A DNA stretch of 64,000 nt from Candidatus Poribacteria bacterium (GCA_965116925.1 OZ220744.1:1952001-2016000); one strand, 5' to 3'; counted from the stretch's first letter, positions 19,672-30,301 are shown. Notes: generated from the letters alone by a model not told the origin. Numbers and translations: made by a program.

Positions 19672-21099
19672 CTATTTCATCACTACCATTCGTCGAGTAT
19701 CGGAAAAGTCATCAGCCAAGAGTTGATAAAAATACACGCCACTTGCCACGGATTGTCCAGTGTCGTCCTTTCCATCCCAGTAGGCCGCACGTTGTCGGCT
19801 CGTGTAAGCCCCCGCCCCTTGCCTTCCAACATCGATTGACCGGATTAACTCGCCCTTGACATTGTAGATCCGCACGGCGACAGAAGCATCATCGGCGAGA
19901 TAGTAGGGTATCCACGTTTCGGGGTTAAAGGGATTTGGGAAATTCTGCATCAAACTGGTGCGCTTGATGTGTCCGAGAGTCGTGAAGGACTTGCTTTGTG
20001 GCTCAACCGAACGAAGTTCAAATTGAGGATTCCATCTGGCATCCGTATCGTTCTCAGGATGATTCGTGAGATTCTTCACGCCCGTGCCATCGGCTAGCAT
20101 GAAGTATATCTCTCGTTTTCCGTCCCGTTTGGATTCAAATAAAATTCGCCTCCCTTTAGGCGACCAGATAGGCTTCTGATCGCTCTTTTCATGGTTGGTG
20201 AGGTTGACTTGGTTATTTCCGTCGGGATCGGACTTATAAATCTCCCAATTACCATCACGTTGGCTTTCAAAGATGATACCGCCAAGAGACCATTCCGCGT
20301 TACGATCCGTCTTTTCATTTTCAGTGATGCGCGTCAGGTTTTCCCCATCAATGCCTACGGTGTAGATTTCCCAGTTGCCGTCCCGCTTCGATTCAAAAAT
20401 GATCGATTTGCTATCAGGTGACCAACGCGCCCGTCGATCTGCCGCCTCATGATCGCTAAGATTTACCTGGTTTTTCCCGATACTTCGTTTTTCAACGTCA
20501 GCGATGAAAATATCGAACTGGGCTCGCTCCAGAATTTTCTTGCGCTCACTCTCAAAAACAATCTTGGTTCCGTCAGGCGACCAAGAGGCTTCCAGATCCT
20601 GTCCGTCCGCTTCGCCATCTACGTTTGTGATGTTAATCAGCTCATCCACTTTACCTCTTGCATCTAAAGTCAGAAGGCCTATATCCCAACCGTTGGCGTT
20701 TGGTAAACCGGCCGCATAGACAATAAGCCGCGGCTCACCGGCAGGTGCCCATTGGGGCCCAGACAATTTCAGTCCCGGTCCGTCGGGCGGACCTGTCAGG
20801 TTTATCTGTTTCGGTTTGTCAGGATCGGTGAGATCTACGATAAAGATATCAAAGTTCTCTTCGCCGCGCACATTGGCATCGAAAGCGATGAATTTGCCGT
20901 CGGGCGACCACTCGGGGGTAAACACCTTGGATCTGTTCTTTGTAAGTTGCTGAATATCGCCGTTATCATACACAAGATAAACCTCATCGTCACCAGTGCG
21001 GTCAGAGATAAAAGATGCTAAAGGCACTTGTGCCTCCGCCAAACCGATGACCATGAGGACGAAGCTTCCCAATAAGGTGACAATCCCTTTGCGTAACAT
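19672..21099 (-). CDS. Secreted TolB-like propeller with C-terminal FlgD-Ig-like domain
   Basis: Paralog of 18226-19653; start placed at ATG 21099 after AAAGGAG. Confidence 0.85.
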   Translation of the reverse strand: MLRKGIVTLLGSFVLMVIGLAEAQVPLASFISDRTGDDEVYLVYDNGDIQQLTKNRSKVFTPEWSPDGKFIAFDANVRGEENFDIFIVDLTDPDKPKQINLTGPPDGPGLKLSGPQWAPAGEPRLIVYAAGLPNANGWDIGLLTLDARGKVDELINITNVDGEADGQDLEASWSPDGTKIVFESERKKILERAQFDIFIADVEKRSIGKNQVNLSDHEAADRRARWSPDSKSIIFESKRDGNWEIYTVGIDGENLTRITENEKTDRNAEWSLGGIIFESQRDGNWEIYKSDPDGNNQVNLTNHEKSDQKPIWSPKGRRILFESKRDGKREIYFMLADGTGVKNLTNHPENDTDARWNPQFELRSVEPQSKSFTTLGHIKRTSLMQNFPNPFNPETWIPYYLADDASVAVRIYNVKGELIRSIDVGRQGAGAYTSRQRAAYWDGKDDTGQSVASGVYFYQLLADDFSDTRRMVVMK

Positions 21100-21147
21100 T
21101 GTTAGGCTCCTTTCCAAGTGATCCTACCCCATCCTTTGCGACCTCTC

Positions 21148-23802
21148 CTATTTCAAAATGAGCATCTTCCGTGTTGCCGAAAAGTCAGGGGTATGCAAAC
21201 TGTAGAAGTACACCCCAGAGGCAACCTGCTCACCCATGTTGTTACGCCCATCCCAGTACGCCGCCGTGGCGCGCGTCATATAGAACCCTTGCGGCTTGAA
21301 ACCGAGGTCCAAGGTCCGTACGATACTACCCGCTGTGTCGTAAATACGGAGCATGACATCTGCCGATGTTTCAAGCTGATATGGAATCCATGTTTCAGGG
21401 TTGAACGGGTTGGGGAAGTTCTGCAACAACTGAGTTAGCTTCGGTTGACCGATACTATCAAGCCTGATAGACAGAACCGCGTTTGCCAGGTCCTCAGGGG
21501 TCACTTTATAATTGAAGGTGTCTGATTCAACATTTCCACTCGGCCCGATGACATGGACTTCAATCACATCTCCAACTTCAACAACGCTTCGCCGTGTTAA
21601 GTCGGCGTTCGCAGCCGCGAAGTAATCCTCTCGCACCGAGGTGGTTATCACACTGTTTGTTCTTTGGTTGCGGACGATTACTTGGTAGCCGTCAAACACT
21701 GGTCTACCTTCCAGGTGCCCGCTGACAACGAACGCCCACGCTTCTTGAATCGGCTCCAAGGATATGGCAGGGGCCGCTGCAGCGCGTTCCGTTTGATTTC
21801 TCCACTCTGATCCGACGAAGGCGACTTGGCGAGTTTCTGGAACATTGACGATATAGCCCTTTCCACCCTCAATTGCAAAACCGTCGTCCGGTGCACTTGG
21901 CGTCCAGCCAACGAATTGCTGGCTTGCCGTATCCAATGTGATGACAGTTGTAGCACCTGTCAGCGCGGCAAGTGACTTGGCGGTCATCGGCGTTGGGGGT
22001 GCCAGCGGCACAGAGATCATGTTTAAGCCTTTAGCCAACGTGACGTTGAAGACATTGCCAAAATAATCGCTCACTGCCTCGGTCGTAGGTCTTGCAATAA
22101 ACCCATGTACGCGTCCATCTGCTGATTGATAGTGTCCGACTACAGAGCCGTCCTGATTAATATTGTAGCCCTCCGTGAAGACGCTATCCGGATATGTCAG
22201 TTCCTGTAGCCCGTCTCGGAAGGTGCCGACATAAGTGCGCGGGATATCTCCCACCCGTTTGGAGCGACCAACGAGAGTCCCTACATCGTTGATACCGTGC
22301 AAGAACATGTATTCCAGAGTTGCTGCGCCCGGAAGGTCGATAGATATAAACCTGCCTGCAGGGGTCCGCGCGTAGGGGTGATATATCCCTTCAGCATCTA
22401 CGTAGCTGCCTACGAGACGGCCCGCACTGACGAAATCGGCGTATGTTTCCAATGCCTCGGGTGCCTCAATGATTGTCTCTCCTGTGAATCCCCGGCGAAT
22501 GCCATCGGCAGCTATATAATTACCCGTCAGAGCCCCCGTTGCGTCACTAATGCCCCATATCTCCGTTTGGTCGGAATCTGGAAAATCCCATTCCTGCAGT
22601 TCGCCATTTTTTAGGACGACCCCGCGGTGTAGATCGTTGCTATCTTCGTAGTAGCCAGCAGCATCCCCGTTATTGCCGAGTGCATAGAAATAAGTGTTCT
22701 TTGAACCGGGGAAATCGTAGGTCTTAAAAACACCATCAATGAGCGTAAAGGCGACGAACTTATCGCCATCAGCACTTCGCGTGTAGCCCGCGTAATCCTC
22801 ATAGTCGCTGCTCGCCGACAATGCTAGAAACTCTACACCGGGAACATCGATACTCTCAAAAGTAAAGTTGAGCGTAGTCGGTTTAACAGTCGGTATATCG
22901 TCGCCCGGTACAACAGGCTTGGCGACAAACCCGATTGTAAGTCCATCCGCCGATTCATAGTGCCCAACGATAGAACCGTCCTGATTAATATTCCAGCCCT
23001 CTGTGCTGACGCTGCCCGGAACCTTAAATTCCTCTAGCCCCTGCCGGAATGTGCCGACAAAGGTGCCCGGAACAGTATCCACTCGTTTGGCTCTGCCAAC
23101 GACAACCCCTGCATCGTTGATACCGTGCACAAAAAAGTATTCCAGTGTTTCTGCATTTGGAAGGTCGAGCGATACAAATCTGCCATCCGGAGTACGCACG
23201 TATGGATGAAATAGACCATCAGCATCTACGTAGCTGCCCACCATACCACCGCTCGCGTTCACAAAATGAGCGTGTGTCTCCCGTGCGCCTGGGAACTCGA
23301 TTATTTCGTCCCCTGAGAATCCGCGGAGTACGCCGGAAGCATCTATCCAATTGCCCGTCAATATTCCAGTCGCGTCACTGATACCGTATATGAACGTCTG
23401 AACGGCATCTGGAAAATCGTATTGCTGCAGTTCGCCATCTGCCATGATGACGCCATGGTACAGACCATCGGCATCTTGGTAGTGTCCGGCAGCTCGCCCA
23501 TCATTACCGAGTGCATAGAAATGGGTGTTCTGCGAGCCGGGGAAATCATAGGTCGTAAAAACGCCATCAATAAGCGTAAAGGCGACCTCTTTTTCGCCAT
23601 CAGGGCTCCGCGTGTAGCCCGCGTAATCGTCAAAGTCGCTACTCGCTGTCACCGCTAAGAACTCTACACCGGGAACACCAATACTCTCAAAAGTATAGTT
23701 GGAGCTGACTTGTGCAGCGATGTTGCTTAGGAAAAAGGTATTGAGACACAGGAACAACGTAGATACGTAAAACAGAAAACTGGTTTTAGTCTGATTGTAC
23801 AT
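21148..23802 (-). CDS. Secreted protein with two tandem ~275-aa repeat domains and FlgD-Ig-like C-terminal domain
   Basis: Duplicated TFESI.VPGVEFLA..ASSD..DYAGYTRS; HAF-like GIND..VG repeats; LLQNFPNPFNPETWIPY tail. Confidence 0.8.
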   Translation of the reverse strand: MYNQTKTSFLFYVSTLFLCLNTFFLSNIAAQVSSNYTFESIGVPGVEFLAVTASSDFDDYAGYTRSPDGEKEVAFTLIDGVFTTYDFPGSQNTHFYALGNDGRAAGHYQDADGLYHGVIMADGELQQYDFPDAVQTFIYGISDATGILTGNWIDASGVLRGFSGDEIIEFPGARETHAHFVNASGGMVGSYVDADGLFHPYVRTPDGRFVSLDLPNAETLEYFFVHGINDAGVVVGRAKRVDTVPGTFVGTFRQGLEEFKVPGSVSTEGWNINQDGSIVGHYESADGLTIGFVAKPVVPGDDIPTVKPTTLNFTFESIDVPGVEFLALSASSDYEDYAGYTRSADGDKFVAFTLIDGVFKTYDFPGSKNTYFYALGNNGDAAGYYEDSNDLHRGVVLKNGELQEWDFPDSDQTEIWGISDATGALTGNYIAADGIRRGFTGETIIEAPEALETYADFVSAGRLVGSYVDAEGIYHPYARTPAGRFISIDLPGAATLEYMFLHGINDVGTLVGRSKRVGDIPRTYVGTFRDGLQELTYPDSVFTEGYNINQDGSVVGHYQSADGRVHGFIARPTTEAVSDYFGNVFNVTLAKGLNMISVPLAPPTPMTAKSLAALTGATTVITLDTASQQFVGWTPSAPDDGFAIEGGKGYIVNVPETRQVAFVGSEWRNQTERAAAAPAISLEPIQEAWAFVVSGHLEGRPVFDGYQVIVRNQRTNSVITTSVREDYFAAANADLTRRSVVEVGDVIEVHVIGPSGNVESDTFNYKVTPEDLANAVLSIRLDSIGQPKLTQLLQNFPNPFNPETWIPYQLETSADVMLRIYDTAGSIVRTLDLGFKPQGFYMTRATAAYWDGRNNMGEQVASGVYFYSLHTPDFSATRKMLILK

Positions 23803-23914
23803 AAAGAAAACCTCTCTTGTGATGGAATATGTTGGGCCCTGTTAACCCATTTTCGGAAAATCCTATAGTTTAGATATAGTGTTCATGTGGATTCACCCAC
23901 AACAAAAACTTAAA

Positions 23915-24006
23915 GGCTCATGTTAAGAAAACGTGAAGAGAATCCGAGTTTTTTCTTCAAAACTTCGGATTCTTTTTGTATCTCGCATTTTCTTTTTACA
24001 TGAGCC
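23915..24006. mobile_element. MITE, GGCTCATG family
   Basis: TIR GGCTCATGT / ACATGAGCC enclosing the AGAATCCGAG..TCGGATTCT hairpin. Confidence 0.7.
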
Positions 24007-24020
24007 AATTTAGAAATACA

Positions 24021-25451
24021 CTACTTCATCACTACCATTCGTCGGGTTTCGGAAAAATCGTCAGCCAGAAGTTGGTAAAAATAGACCCCACTTGCCACAG
24101 ATTGACCCGTATCGTCTTTACCATCCCAGTAAGCTGCGCGCTGGCGGTTTGTGTAAGCCCCTGCTGCCTGTTTTCCAACATCAATGGACCGAATTAACTC
24201 GCCCTTGACGTTATAGATCCGCACAGTTACAGTAGCGGCTTCGGCAAGATAGTAGGGTATCCACGTTTCAGGGTTGAAGGGGTTGGGGAAATTCTGCATC
24301 AAACTCGTGCGTTTGATGTCTCCAAGGGTGGTGAAGTACTTGCTCTGGGGCTCAACCGAACGAAGTTCATACTGAGGGTTCCATCGGGCATCCCTGTCAT
24401 TGCCGGGATCGTTACTGAGGTTCTTCAGACCTGCGCCATCAGCAAAAACAAGGTATATCTCTCGCTTTCCATCCCGTCTGGACTCAAATAAGATTCGCCT
24501 CCCTTTGGTGGACCAGATAGGCTTCTGATCGCTTTTGGCGTCATTGCTGAGATTGATTTGGTTGTTCCCATCGGGGTCCGACCTATAAACCTCCCAATTG
24601 CCGTCGCGTTTGCTCTGAAACGCGATGCCGCCGGGGGACCAGTTCGCTTTTCGGTCATCCTGATCATTCTCAGTGATCCGTGTCAGGTTTTGCCCATCGA
24701 TGCCTACGGTATAAATTTCCCAGTTGCCGTCTCGCTTCGATTCAAACGCCACTGCGGTACCATCTGGTGACCAGGCTGGAAACAGATCCTCTGCTTCATG
24801 GTTGGTGAGGTTTATCTGATTTTTGCCGATAGTTCGTTTTTCAGCGTCCCCAATATAAATATCCATCTGGGCTCTCTCGTTGATTTTGTTGCGTTCGCTC
24901 TGAAAAGCGATCTTGGTCCCATCAGGAGACCATCTTCCTGCCTGATCTTGACCAACGCCCTCACCGTCCGCATTTGTAATATTAACTAAAGCACCCGCTT
25001 TGCCTCTTGCATCTAGCGTGAGGAGCCCTATATCCCAGTTGTCAGCGTTTGGAAATCCTGTGGAGTAGAGAAGAATCCGCGGCTCACCGGCAGGTGACCA
25101 GCGGGGTTCCGACAATTTTGTGCCCGGCCCATCGGGCGGCCCTGTCAGGTTGCTCTGTTTCGGCTTCGCAGGGTCGGTGAGATCTACGATAAAGATATCA
25201 AAACTCTCGCCACCGCGCACATTGGCATCGAAAACAATGAATTTACCATCCGGTGACCATTCGGGGGTGAACACCTTGGCTTTGTTCTTTGTGAGTTGCT
25301 TAATCTCGCCGTCGTCATACAACAGATGAACCTCATCGTCACCAGAGCGGTCCGAGATAAAAGATGCCATAGGCACCTGCGAGTATGCCGAACCGATAAG
25401 CAAGAGGGTAAAGAGTGCCAATACGGTGAAAATAATACCTTGACGTAACAT
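24021..25451 (-). CDS. Secreted TolB-like propeller with C-terminal FlgD-Ig-like domain
   Basis: Paralog of 18226-19653 and 19672-21099. Confidence 0.85.
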   Translation of the reverse strand: MLRQGIIFTVLALFTLLLIGSAYSQVPMASFISDRSGDDEVHLLYDDGEIKQLTKNKAKVFTPEWSPDGKFIVFDANVRGGESFDIFIVDLTDPAKPKQSNLTGPPDGPGTKLSEPRWSPAGEPRILLYSTGFPNADNWDIGLLTLDARGKAGALVNITNADGEGVGQDQAGRWSPDGTKIAFQSERNKINERAQMDIYIGDAEKRTIGKNQINLTNHEAEDLFPAWSPDGTAVAFESKRDGNWEIYTVGIDGQNLTRITENDQDDRKANWSPGGIAFQSKRDGNWEVYRSDPDGNNQINLSNDAKSDQKPIWSTKGRRILFESRRDGKREIYLVFADGAGLKNLSNDPGNDRDARWNPQYELRSVEPQSKYFTTLGDIKRTSLMQNFPNPFNPETWIPYYLAEAATVTVRIYNVKGELIRSIDVGKQAAGAYTNRQRAAYWDGKDDTGQSVASGVYFYQLLADDFSETRRMVVMK

Positions 25452-25583
25452 TGTTAGCTCCTTTCCAAAGATAGTAAACTCCTTTCAACAAAGATAAGAA
25501 TTTTGATGGAAAATGATGGTGAAAGTGTAATGGAGAGCAACAATCAACTTGAAACTCCATTACACCTCACCACACAAATGGTT

Positions 25584-26285
25584 CTACTGAGTAACCGCCG
25601 GTGTTCCGCCACTTTTTAGTATGCCCCAAGTGGTCGCAAGTTTCCCTTTGCTCTCAACAGAACGTGGATCTTTTCTGGGGAATTCGGTGGGCCAAGGATC
25701 ATCATCCGGTTGCTCATCTTGATCTTGGCTGAGCAGCAACTGGTCAAGGTTATGCGGCTGCTGTCTCGGACTTGAACGTACGATGTGGAGGCCACGTTCT
25801 TTTGCCTCCCACTCAACAACTGTCAGGGGCGGAACGCCTTGGCTGAGCCATTTGTAAATACCGGCATCGAAAACGTCACGCCAGTTGCCCAACCCACGAC
25901 CCATAAAGTCTGGATCAGCGGTGTGCTCTGTGGTGCCGATTTGGTCGTTAAACTGGAGCCAAAAGGCGTCAGTACCGGTATTTCCATCGCTTTTGCCTCT
26001 TGCCCAAATGTAATAGGTGCCTTCATCACACCAGAACTCAACTTGCCACCATGCTGTTGGGTCCGCAACCGGTGGATTCACCGCACCACCAATAAATTGG
26101 AATGCAAGGCCATTGGACGCATCGGCATCTCGTGCAAATGCAGTATTCTCTGGTGATGTCTCACCATAATCTCTGATAGTCTCTGCGCTGATAACAACCT
26201 CGGTTATTGCGGCAAAGCTGCTCGAAGCCATACCGATAACGCAAAGTGCCATAAGGGTGCAGATTAATAAACTTGGTGCTCTCAT
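25584..26285 (-). CDS. Secreted hypothetical protein (possibly carbohydrate-binding beta-sandwich) with C-terminal TTWG motif
   Basis: Signal peptide; GTYYIWARG..DAFWLQF; ends SVESKGKLATTWGILK. Confidence 0.7.
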   Translation of the reverse strand: MRAPSLLICTLMALCVIGMASSSFAAITEVVISAETIRDYGETSPENTAFARDADASNGLAFQFIGGAVNPPVADPTAWWQVEFWCDEGTYYIWARGKSDGNTGTDAFWLQFNDQIGTTEHTADPDFMGRGLGNWRDVFDAGIYKWLSQGVPPLTVVEWEAKERGLHIVRSSPRQQPHNLDQLLLSQDQDEQPDDDPWPTEFPRKDPRSVESKGKLATTWGILKSGGTPAVTQ

Positions 26286-26473
26286 TATTGAACAACCTCC
26301 TAAATAGGTTATTAAATATTTGGTGTATACAGATACAAACGAACTGTCTTCCCTGCAAATCTCCTCCTAGCTCACTCTATCAAGGTTGAACCCTGATGAA
26401 ATTGGGAGTTGAAGTAGTGATAGATGCAGGGATTACTAGCCCCTTTGTAATATCAATGTTACATTAACACTGA

Positions 26474-26502
26474 ATTTTAGCAAAAGTTACTAAATAATGC
26501 AA
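26474..26502 (-). promoter_or_regulatory. Sigma70-type promoter heading the secreted-protein array
   Basis: Minus strand TTGCAT-17 nt-TAAAAT with TG extended -10. Confidence 0.55.
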
Positions 26503-26776
26503 GCCCTAAAATGAATCAAACTTTCAGAATAGCTATGAAAACCTGCGTAAACAGCCTCGAATAATCATTAATTTGACTCTTTAATCCTATAGGGTTACGC
26601 TTACTTGGTTTCCTGCACAGATGCTTATACTGCTAATCCGGCAAGATCGAAAACGAAAATTCCTTGAGTTTGCCACTGTTTTTTGATACACTACACTTGA
26701 AACGAGTAGGAACGAATCTATCTGTTCGCCCTATCAGGCGATACACACAGATACACCACCACTTTGGGAGGTTTGA

Positions 26777-27376
26777 ATGTCAGAAGCGGTCAGTGACACG
26801 ACGGTTGAAAACTACAAAGGTCTCTTGCAACAGTATTGTCAGCAGCGAGCGTTAGGGGACTTAATCTATGAAACGGATCAACAGGGAACGTCCAATGAGC
26901 CGAGTTGGACGGTCACGGTTAAGTATGGAGAAACGACCTACACCACACCCGCGCCAATTCGTGGATCCAAGCGCTGGGCGGAAAAGATGGCAGCCAAGCA
27001 GGTCCTAGAACAGATAGAATCCCACCAAGAAGCATTTCTAGCGGGTAATTCTGTTGATGCAGCCGAGACACACGAACAAGCAAAGGAAGTGTCGCCTCCA
27101 GAACCCCTTTATGTGCCGACCGAGCTTGTTACCACGGTGCTTGGCATTGCTAACCATCGTTTGGCGGGACTGCAGCGCGGCACTCGTTACCGTGACTCGG
27201 CAGAATCCAAGCAAGGCAACCAAGCGTTTGCACAGCACCTAGCGGAGCTCACAATGCAGATTGTCCGTGAGGTTGCTAACGCTGCAGAGGCTTCCGGCGT
27301 GAAGTTTGGTGACAAATCGCAACCTGAATCTGATGAAGTTGGGAGTATATCAAAAGGAAGGATGAATAATGTCTGA
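26777..27376 (+). CDS. Stand-alone double-stranded-RNA-binding-motif protein
   Basis: [12 protein letters not shown]...WTVTVKYG...[15 protein letters not shown] resembles DSRM; no RNase III catalytic motif. Confidence 0.65.
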   Translation: MSEAVSDTTVENYKGLLQQYCQQRALGDLIYETDQQGTSNEPSWTVTVKYGETTYTTPAPIRGSKRWAEKMAAKQVLEQIESHQEAFLAGNSVDAAETHEQAKEVSPPEPLYVPTELVTTVLGIANHRLAGLQRGTRYRDSAESKQGNQAFAQHLAELTMQIVREVANAAEASGVKFGDKSQPESDEVGSISKGRMNNV

Positions 27377-29435
27377 TAACCCGAAGCATACCAACCGACT
27401 CATTAATGAGACGAGCCCCTACCTTCTGCAACACGCCCACAATCCTGTGGATTGGTATCCGTGGGGCGAAGAAGCACTCGCACAAGCCGAACAGCTGGAC
27501 AAACCGATCCTATTGAGCATCGGCTACGCTGCCTGCCACTGGTGTCATGTCATGGAACATGAATCTTTCGAGAACGAACAGATTGCTGCAATCATGAATG
27601 AGTATTTCATTAATATTAAGGTGGATCGTGAAGAGCGGCCAGATTTGGACGAAATTTACATGAACGCTGTCCAAATGCTTACGGGACAAGGCGGTTGGCC
27701 CATGACCATGTTTCTGACACCGGATCTAAAACCGTTTTACGGCGGCACCTACTTCCCTCCCGATAACCGCTACGGTCGTCCGGGGTTTCCGCGTGTGCTA
27801 CTTGGCGTTGCAGAGGCGTACCGGGAGCGTCGTGATGCGGTGGGGGAACAAGCAGATCAGATTATTGGCAACCTGAATCAGTTGTCAGCAATGGAAGGGC
27901 ATGGACATCAGTTGACAGCGGACATGCTGGATCGGGCGTATCAAGATTATCTATCACGGTTCGATCATCATGAGGGTGGGTTTGGCAACGCGCCTAAATT
28001 TCCACCGAGCATGGGACTCTTGCTCCTGTTGCGGCATTGGCATCGCACAGGTAATGCCAACGCGCTTAATATGGTCGAAATGACATTGGAGAAGATGGCG
28101 CGGGGCGGGATGTATGACCAACTCGGAGGCGGATTTCATCGCTATTCGGTTGATGAGAGGTGGCTTGTTCCGCACTTTGAGAAGATGCTGTACGACAACG
28201 CGCTGTTAAGCGTCGCTTACTTGGAAGCATATCAGGCGACGGGAAAAGCCTTTTATCGCCAAATCGCCACGGAAACGCTAGACTACGTTTTGGCTGAGAT
28301 GTATGATACGGAAAATGGCGGCTTTTACTCAACACAGGATGCAGATAGTGAAGGGGTTGAGGGCAAATTTTTTGTTTGGATGCCAGACGAAGTGGAACAG
28401 CTCCTTGGGGAGGAGAAAGCCAAGATCTTCTGCGAGTATTATGATATTACCGAGATCGGCAATTTTGAACACACAAATATCCTCCATGTCCAGACGCCGG
28501 CAGAACTGTTTGCTAGAAAACTGAGCATAGATCTGGGTGAGCTAGAGGACATACTCGCCGAAGGAAGGCAGAAACTCTTTGAAGTCCGTGAGGGACGGAT
28601 TAAGCCCGGTCTGGACGATAAGATCCTCACAAGTTGGAACGGTTTGATGATTCGGAGCATGGCGATGGGCTATCAGGTCCTCGGCGACGCGCGTTATCGG
28701 GAAGCCGCAGAAAAATCTGTGAGGTTTGTATTATCGGAACTATCCCAAGATGACGGACTGTTGCTCCGTACACACCGTGCAGGCAAAAGCCACTTGAATG
28801 CATACCTTGAGGATTACTCTTACTTCGTCGCCGGCTTAATCAATCTTTATGAAGCTACCTTCGCGGTTGAGTGGCTGAAGGAGGCAGAACGGCTGAACCA
28901 AATCATGATCGAGCAGTTTTGGGACGAAGCAAACGGTAGTTTCTTCTTTACTAGCAAGAACCATGAAACCCTCATCGTCCGATCAAAGACAGGCTATGAT
29001 GGCGCAACCCCCGCCGGTGTGTCGATGGCTATCCATAATTTGCTGCGGCTCGATAAACTGCTCAATCGACCTGATTTCAGGCAGAGGGTGGAGACGACGC
29101 TTGATGTCTATTATCATCAGATTGAGCATTCGCCCAGCGGATCAGCACAGATGTTGTGTGAACTTGATTTTCTGCTATCCACTCCTAAAGAGATTGCGAT
29201 TGCCGGTCAACAGGAAAATGAGGATACGCAGACTGCGTTGGCAGCTGTTCATAGCCGCTATATTCCCAACAAGGTGCTCGCTTTGGCTAGTGACGGAGAA
29301 GATGTTGGCGATTTGATTCCACTTCTTGAAGGCAAGACGCAGGTTGATGGAAAGGCGACAATCTATGTGTGTGAGAGCTACACTTGCCAAGCCCCGACAA
29401 CGGATATAGACGAATTGGCGGAGCTGCTTCAGTAG
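27369..29435 (+). CDS. YyaL/SSP411-family thioredoxin-domain protein
   Basis: [49 protein letters not shown]. Confidence 0.92.
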   Translation: MSDNPKHTNRLINETSPYLLQHAHNPVDWYPWGEEALAQAEQLDKPILLSIGYAACHWCHVMEHESFENEQIAAIMNEYFINIKVDREERPDLDEIYMNAVQMLTGQGGWPMTMFLTPDLKPFYGGTYFPPDNRYGRPGFPRVLLGVAEAYRERRDAVGEQADQIIGNLNQLSAMEGHGHQLTADMLDRAYQDYLSRFDHHEGGFGNAPKFPPSMGLLLLLRHWHRTGNANALNMVEMTLEKMARGGMYDQLGGGFHRYSVDERWLVPHFEKMLYDNALLSVAYLEAYQATGKAFYRQIATETLDYVLAEMYDTENGGFYSTQDADSEGVEGKFFVWMPDEVEQLLGEEKAKIFCEYYDITEIGNFEHTNILHVQTPAELFARKLSIDLGELEDILAEGRQKLFEVREGRIKPGLDDKILTSWNGLMIRSMAMGYQVLGDARYREAAEKSVRFVLSELSQDDGLLLRTHRAGKSHLNAYLEDYSYFVAGLINLYEATFAVEWLKEAERLNQIMIEQFWDEANGSFFFTSKNHETLIVRSKTGYDGATPAGVSMAIHNLLRLDKLLNRPDFRQRVETTLDVYYHQIEHSPSGSAQMLCELDFLLSTPKEIAIAGQQENEDTQTALAAVHSRYIPNKVLALASDGEDVGDLIPLLEGKTQVDGKATIYVCESYTCQAPTTDIDELAELLQ

Positions 29436-29483
29436 AGGGATAGGCCTAGGTGCCCAATCTATAGATGACACGAGGAGCCGATT

Positions 29484-29975
29484 GTGAACGAAGATGAACT
29501 TGAACGGAGAGAACAAGCATTACTTTATTTGCTGGAGGGGGAAACGCACCAGATGCGTGGCGAGTTTGGACGCGCGATTGCGTTGTATATGAAGTCGATT
29601 GCCCTCTATCCTACGGCGAAAGCGCACACATGGCTTGGTTGGACATACAGCATGATGGGACGCTTCCAAGACTCGATTGATGAATGCCACAAAGCGATTC
29701 GTCTGGACGCCGATTTTGGTAATCCCTATAACGACATCGGTGCGTGTCTGATTCAGCTTGGCGAATACGATGCCGCTATCCCTTGGTTGGAGAAAGCGAT
29801 TGAAGCACCGGATTATGAGGCGCGGTGCCATCCTCACATGAATCTGGGGCGTGTCTGGGAGCATCGGTTGGAATGGGATAAAGCGATTGAAAGCTACAAA
29901 CGGGCTTTATATGAAAGCCCTGATTATGAACCCGCATTTGTCGCACTTAGAAAGTTACGGGCGAAGCTGAATTAG
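29484..29975 (+). CDS. Tetratricopeptide repeat protein
   Basis: AHTWLGWTYS, FGNPYNDIGA, PHMNLGRV TPR helices. Confidence 0.85.
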   Translation: MNEDELERREQALLYLLEGETHQMRGEFGRAIALYMKSIALYPTAKAHTWLGWTYSMMGRFQDSIDECHKAIRLDADFGNPYNDIGACLIQLGEYDAAIPWLEKAIEAPDYEARCHPHMNLGRVWEHRLEWDKAIESYKRALYESPDYEPAFVALRKLRAKLN

Positions 29976-30301
29976 GGCGTGTTGACGTTTGGCAGCACGT
30001 AGGTTGGGTTGAACGGGAAACCGTGAAACCCAACAATATCCCCTCGCCGTAGGTCAGGCATCTTGCCCGATTTACAAAGTCCCAGCGGGGCGACATACGT
30101 AAAGGTAGCAGGCATACTCCGTATGCCGTAACTAGCAGTATCCTGTAGGTTACACAATACATGAGCCAAAAGCAGATAGCCTTTTGTACCACGATCTGTT
30201 AGATTGTGATCGCAAACTAACAGATCGCGCTACTTATGGCAGATTGCCTGATGCTTACAGCGTTTGCCGAATCAGCAGCTTCAAGATGTCAACACGCCCT
30301 A
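29973..30301. mobile_element. MITE with perfect 14-bp TIRs, filled with REP fragments
   Basis: TAGGGCGTGTTGAC at 29973 and GTCAACACGCCCTA at 30288; no transposase inside. Confidence 0.7.

Noticed and set aside
15695..25451. Tol-Pal tolB genes
   Set aside because: No TolB N-terminal domain and no tolQRA/pal neighbours; only the PD40 propeller is shared
15695..25451. Diversity-generating retroelement template/variable repeats
   Set aside because: No reverse transcriptase in the window, and all repeat copies are coding paralogs with no adenine-specific mismatch pattern noticed
29947..30192. Short ORFs in intergenic repeats (also 14383-14673, 32051-32242, 46326-46529)
   Set aside because: They are translations of MITE/REP sequence with no protein motifs
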